A model generated the notes under the pieces. It was not told the DNA's origin. It searched no databases and saw nothing but the letters and a program-made list of their open reading frames with translations. The position numbers were made by a program, and so were the translations under genes. Below are positions 58,801-64,000 of a stretch of 64,000 nt of DNA, one piece after another (position 1 is the first letter of the stretch; every line of letters begins with the position of its first letter). This DNA comes from Ruditapes philippinarum (taxonomy: Eukaryota): contig NW_026854834.1 in the NCBI RefSeq assembly GCF_026571515.1, forward strand, positions 1-64,000. Direction: 5' to 3'.

Positions 58801-61650
58801 TACATGTTTTGGTGAATTAACTATGCAAAACATTTTATTGCGGTCTGAGTCATGCAACATAGTTTTAATGAAAATCAAGTTTTATTTAGAATTAACATAA
58901 AAACTGGACATGGAAAGCATGAAATGTAACACTGAAAAATTTTCACAAAAATTTGTGATACAATAGAGCTTGTCAATAACATAATGCAAATGAATTAAAA
59001 TGGACTTTAGAAAGATCTCGATGTCAAAGCATTTGAGAAATATTTAAAATGTCACTTAAAATATAGCTAACAAAAATATCTTAGTTCGACTTTTAAAGAC
59101 TTACATATCACTAAAGATGTGTATGCCTAATCATGTCAATTATTTGAAAATGAAATCATATGCAATAGCTTACAAGCAAATATTGCGAAGGGACAAGGTG
59201 TAGGCACACATGTCATTGTATACGATACGTCATCCGTGTCGTAAACAAGGACCGTAAATGCATTAGTGCCGATTGTGTCTGTTGTTGAAATTGACGTAGA
59301 ATCTGAAAAGTAAATTAACATTACTATATTTTACATAGCTCTGTGTTTTTTTTCTTTATTCTCGTAAGTAAATTGCTAAAATTTTACAATGTTCTTATTG
59401 AAAACACTCAGGTATAGCATACAATGACATACACTTTTACTCACTGTGACTTTGATTTATCTCCTTTAATTGTTAATGAACATGGTTTTTTAAAAGGTTC
59501 AAGAAAAAAATATAAACTTCTCACACATTTTGATAGCAATTTCATAAATGTTTAAATTCTGTTTAAACTTTTTGTTAAAGCTTAAGAAATGACGTTTTAT
59601 CATTCTTGATCATTCCGAGGGATCACTTTGTTTCCAGAATTTGATTCATACTATGTAATATGTAACGTTACATCAGATGTTGTTTATATACTCGTATCTG
59701 ATGACGTAACATACTAAGTAGTATGGCCGCAATGACCTACTTGTTTAAAATAATTGTCAAGAAAAATATTACTTTGAAGGTTGAGGAAGACAGGTGGCAC
59801 ATTTTTGATTATCGAAACAGTGAAAGTACCACTGTCTGTGTATTGTCCGTCCGAACAGTCTATTGATAAGGTGTAAGAGCTTGTAGTAGCATAATCAAAT
59901 CCTGGCGATGAATCACTGGTAATGATTTTGTCTATGAAAGCAGAAAGTTACATAATATTTAAAATCAAAATCTTTTTAAAAAACAGCTTGTTGAATTTCA
60001 AAGTATATAAAATACATTTGTAATTTTCATAATCTTCAGAAATCACATGTAACGACAAAAAACATAAGAAGTAAAGAATCAGAAAATAAAAAAATAATAA
60101 TTTACTATCAACAATTTGCCAATAAATTTTGCAATATAAGTTGTATTATCATTTTCTTTAAGATGCATACTATTTACAATAAGTCTTATTCTATTTTTGC
60201 AATAAGGTCAAAGCATTGATCAACCCTTAGCCTGCCGGAACCGGAACGGACTAGTCATTGCCGCCAGTATAGAGCCGAAATACCATACTTTCATCGGACT
60301 GTTAGCAGGACAGACTCAGCAAGTTCTGGGTAAATCAGTGATTAATAAGACAGTAACGATAACAGATATCATTGCATTAGAATGGTACCTTATGTTCTTT
60401 TCTTTCTAAGATGTCCTCGAATATATGTAATGAATCATTCATAATGTCATCGTCGGATACCCACGAGTAACATTTAATCAAATGCTAATGGTTCGGTCGT
60501 GGGTATTTGACGATGCATTCATATACTTAAAGTACCATTGTTTTCAGAACTTCTCAAGGGCTCTTAATCTAGTTATATATGGTTTAGATAATGATACATG
60601 TATTTACAGAAAGTATTTACAAAAAATAACTTTCGAATAATAAATACCCGTAAGTCCAATAGTAAACGGTGCTCCGGCAGGTGTTGTGCTTGCAATACTG
60701 CACGTGGTTGCGCTTCCCTCGGGATCGGTTACGCTCACTGTAAATAGAGACGTCGCGGTAGTTTCGTCCTCGCTTATAGAGTTCGAGTCTGGAAGGTTGG
60801 TTATAGTTGGGGGCTTGAATGAAAAATATGGTTTTAAGAAAAAATAGTGTACCCCTTTAAAGAATTAGAAATAAAAATTGCAGAATATAAATGAATCCTT
60901 AGACTTTATCCTGTACATTGCAATTAATGATGCAACAATGTATGTATGTATTCTAGGCTTAATAAGGGTTCATCAGCCCTTTCAGACACTAAAAGTACGG
61001 ACCCCAGACATGTCACAATTCATGTCCTAAATTATTATTATCAACCAAAAGGTGACATATAAATTTTGAATTCGGTAATTCAGTGAATGATCCTAAATAT
61101 GTATGCAAGTCGATGAGGACGTGAAATTTCATTCATGTATATCATTCTTCTTCTAAAGCAATTTCCAAACATCAAAGAATATGTTAAATATATACTGCCA
61201 ATGTTTACACGCATTATAAGTAATCAATAAAATCTATGTTGAAAAATTTGGGTTAGACTTTATCGAAAAAAAAGTTCTATTATCTCCCTTTATTTACATG
61301 AAATGTAAATTCGGTAATATGATAATATATTTCTGACTTAAAGCAGTTTAACACATTTACATGTAAGCTTTTGTATGTTGACTGAAGTTTAATGCTTAAA
61401 TTTATAGTTTAAAGATAAAAATATGAAGTTTAGACAAAACAATAATATGATATTTATATGAAGGTCTGGCTTTCATATAAGTATGCTACCAAGTAATCTG
61501 TTTACTGAGGGAAGTAAATTATTTTAAATACCTGGTTTGTAATTGAGACGGTAAGTGTAGCAGTTGCAGTATTTGAACACTGGTCAGTTACTTTAAATAC
61601 TAGCTTGTCCACAGTTGTAGTGGAAAACGTGGTAGCTGTAGATACTTCAT
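52817..61650 (-). CDS. Cadherin-like single-pass receptor, paralog B (3' 13 exons; 5' exons not found in the window)
   Basis: Exons (minus): 61650-61532, 60813-60648, 59931-59773, 59302-59174, 58130-58008, 57298-57122, 56825-56638, 55929-55686, 55471-55151, 54184-54004, 53618-53509, 53283-53251, 52848-52817. All introns are GT-AG and the frame is open. Exon lengths equal those of paralog A, except one +9 nt exon and A's degraded exon. Ends ...INPRRPPPNPIRMQAWRRDMV*. Confidence 0.92.
54250..54710 (-). mobile_element. Helentron-associated non-autonomous element, degenerate
   Basis: GTGACCTTGACCTT motif, repeated CTACTGGC..AGACCAATGCA..TGTGAAG units, terminal CCCTTCTTCGGAGGG hairpin. Confidence 0.5.
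56065..56480 (+). mobile_element. 5'-truncated CR1/L2-group LINE (ORF2 C-terminus, 3' UTR, (GATT)n tail)
   Basis: Plus-strand translation KYLLHGTAPTYLITLFDCVRRKYSLR*AADD...LPRRRARLADRSISVMGPKWWNALPKDLKCIASEIAFRKRLKAHLFEQVYR* (stop 56343-56345) has the typical APxYL / WNxLP / FxxxLK motifs. It is followed by TGTGAAGCGC and GATT repeats. Confidence 0.85.
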
Positions 61651-61689
61651 CTTCAATGAAAAAGCATAACTTACTTAAGTGAGAAATAA

Positions 61690-62880
61690 GAGAGCAAAGT
61701 ATTGAAACATTTTGGTAATTATTGCTGCAGATAAGCAAATTAAAAGCATAAGGCAGTAAAAAATAGACTGGGGAAATATTGGTATAAGACATTTTTATAT
61801 TGAGATGACAAAGGGCAGTAAATTATTGACAAAGGAGAGCATAATACTTGGGGCAGCAAATGTTGGCACGAAGCAACAAATTTTGACACGGGGGACAAAA
61901 AAATATTGACAAGGGGCAGCAAAAAAATGACCTAATACTGACATAAAAAGGCAAAATATTGGTAAAGGAATAGAGAAAAGCAAAATATAGACTCAATGTA
62001 GCTTTTTCAAGTAGACTGATATAGGACAGCAAAATATTAACGAGTCAACAAAATATTGACAAACAGCAGCAAAATTTTGACAACACACATTATGATATTG
62101 CCGTAAGATGGCAAATTGTATTTGAGGGACAACAATATATTGACAAAATATCACAAGGACAACTAATTATTAACCTATGAAAGCAAAATATTTACGAAGT
62201 AGAGCAAAATCGAAATCATATAGGGCAGCACAATTTTGACATGGAGAGTAAAATATTGCAAGACGGCAAAACTAAACTGAAAAAATGAAAGAAATATTGC
62301 GCAAGACAGCAAAATATTGACATACACCGCCAAAAATTGACCCGAGGCATCAAAAAGCCATTTGACAATAAAATATTGACATTGATCAGCAGAAAATTGA
62401 TATTGATAAGCAGATAATTGACAAACAGAAGCAAAATATTAAAAAATCGCTGCAAAATATTGGCCTAAGACAAAAGAAAAAGTCATCAGACAATTGATTA
62501 TTGACATTTTGCTGCAGATAATTTACAAAAGGCAGGAAAACATTGACAAACGGTAACGAAATAAAGGCCTTAGACAAAAAATATCATAATGCCATTAGAC
62601 AGTTGGATATTAACATCGTTTAGCAGAGCATTGACAGAGAAAAACATGGATACAAGGTAATAGAATTTGGATGCTAAGCAAATTTAAGAAAAAAAGGAAC
62701 ATTTTGATGTAAGCTGCAAACAAATGACACATGGTGTGATCGTGTCAAGTCATGGGAAAGGCATCAAATATTTTCATAGGAAGTACTAAAATATTGACAT
62801 AGTGTACCATAATATTTATAAAGGATAGCAAATTGTTAAAGCAGGACAACAAAATATTGACATAGGGAAACAAAGTATTA
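61690..62880. repeat. Highly degenerate GCAAAATATTGAC-type minisatellite
   Basis: Dozens of imperfect (CA)GCAAAATATTGACA motifs in an intron of paralog B. Confidence 0.8.
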
Positions 62881-64000
62881 AAAAGATAAATACATGTATT
62901 AAGAAATGTCACCTTTATGTTATCGCCGAAATACAATAATCTCAATTTAGATTTTAAATAGAATTTATTCGTCTATTGATAAGAGAATATAGGTGTTCGT
63001 ATGACCATTCCACTCAGAAAAAAATATATTTGAGTGAATCAAAACTGCCTCGTACCGTTCATTTTGAAATCAAAAGCCGCAATCTAAGAAAACAAAGCAT
63101 GTTTCTGTCCAATTTATTTTAACTTTAATTTATAAATATTTGATGATAAGGTATGAAAATAGACAAGAAATTCTAGTCTGTTAAAATTTTGCGAAAGTTT
63201 GAAAGATACGATACAGTTGGTATTATTACATATTTAGCGGTTTTTTACTCAGTTATTGTTTTAGAGGTAGACACAGGCAACATTTTTATTTTTTCGATTT
63301 GATTTTTTCATTCATTATTCTGAAAATGTCCTCAAATGAATACACTAGGCAGTAACAGGGACAAAAGTTTTGTCCTTATAAAGATTAAAATTGGGGTTTC
63401 CAAACTTGATCCACGTGGGTCAGGTTAGAGCGTTAAGATTTCACAATAGTTGTCACAGTTAACTCTGGATATGTTAATGAATATATCAAATGAATGCCTT
63501 AGACATGTTTCAATCATACAATATCCAAAGTATCTGTTATTGTAACTTCCGGGGTTTGTTCAAGTCATATGCCTTGTTTTAAAACTACTCGGTGATTCTG
63601 TCGGAGTCTAAATTTCGTTCAACATGTAAAGCTCCATACCCAATAACATTTTTGTCATTTATTTGCCCGAGTATCTCTTTAGTATCCGGTTTAAAGCGCA
63701 AAATTAGATACTTGGAAGCATGTGTGATTGTGTTTCAGTCCATTTTTAAGCAGGCAATTCCTTTTCAGAAGAAATAATAAAGAGTATATTTGTAATACGA
63801 CGCCGTTGAAATTAATGTTATATGATACGACGCAATTGACCTTTGCTTTCCAAGACGGTTGCTTTTGTTTCACAAAAAAACGCATACGACGCAGGTATGA
63901 CTTCAAGCCTTGATTGTAAAATGATTAAAATAATCAATGAAACAAGCATGGAAGTCAGACGTGTATGCAGTTCATACTTCCTGTTCTTGTTCTGTACTAT

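Noticed and set aside
24142-61650. Assigning a gene symbol such as FAT4, DCHS or PCDH
   Set aside because: There are only six repeats, no EGF/LamG domains and no recognisable conserved protocadherin or catenin-binding tail. Orthology cannot be supported from sequence alone.

Overview
AT-rich, intron-rich animal genomic DNA. The repeat families resemble those of bivalve molluscs (inference, not demonstrable here). Three spliced genes lie on the minus strand. (1) A 6-exon calmodulin-like four-EF-hand gene (7372-12220) has a basic N-terminal extension and an apparent GC-AG intron. (2) Cadherin-like receptor paralog A (24142-50626) has a signal peptide, a ~145-aa non-cadherin N-terminal domain, 6 cadherin-like repeats, a Thr-rich stalk, one TM helix and a short tail. 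As assembled it is disrupted by a ~2-kb internal tandem duplication, a degraded exon and a GT>GC donor. (3) Its tandem paralog B (52817 to >61650) has the same exon structure, and its 5' exons are not found in the window. The rest is transposon-derived: a full-length IS3EU-type relic (TIRs, 6-bp TSD, decayed DDE transposase), a Harbinger-type MITE with a foldback element nested in one copy, a 72-bp AcademH-like element, piggyBac/Kolobok/hAT-like MITEs, Helentron-type elements, SINE fragments, a CR1/L2 3' end and several minisatellites. Most supplied ORFs are intron read-through or satellite artefacts. No CRISPR, rRNA or bona fide tRNA gene was found. All exon models were spliced by eye, with no database searches.
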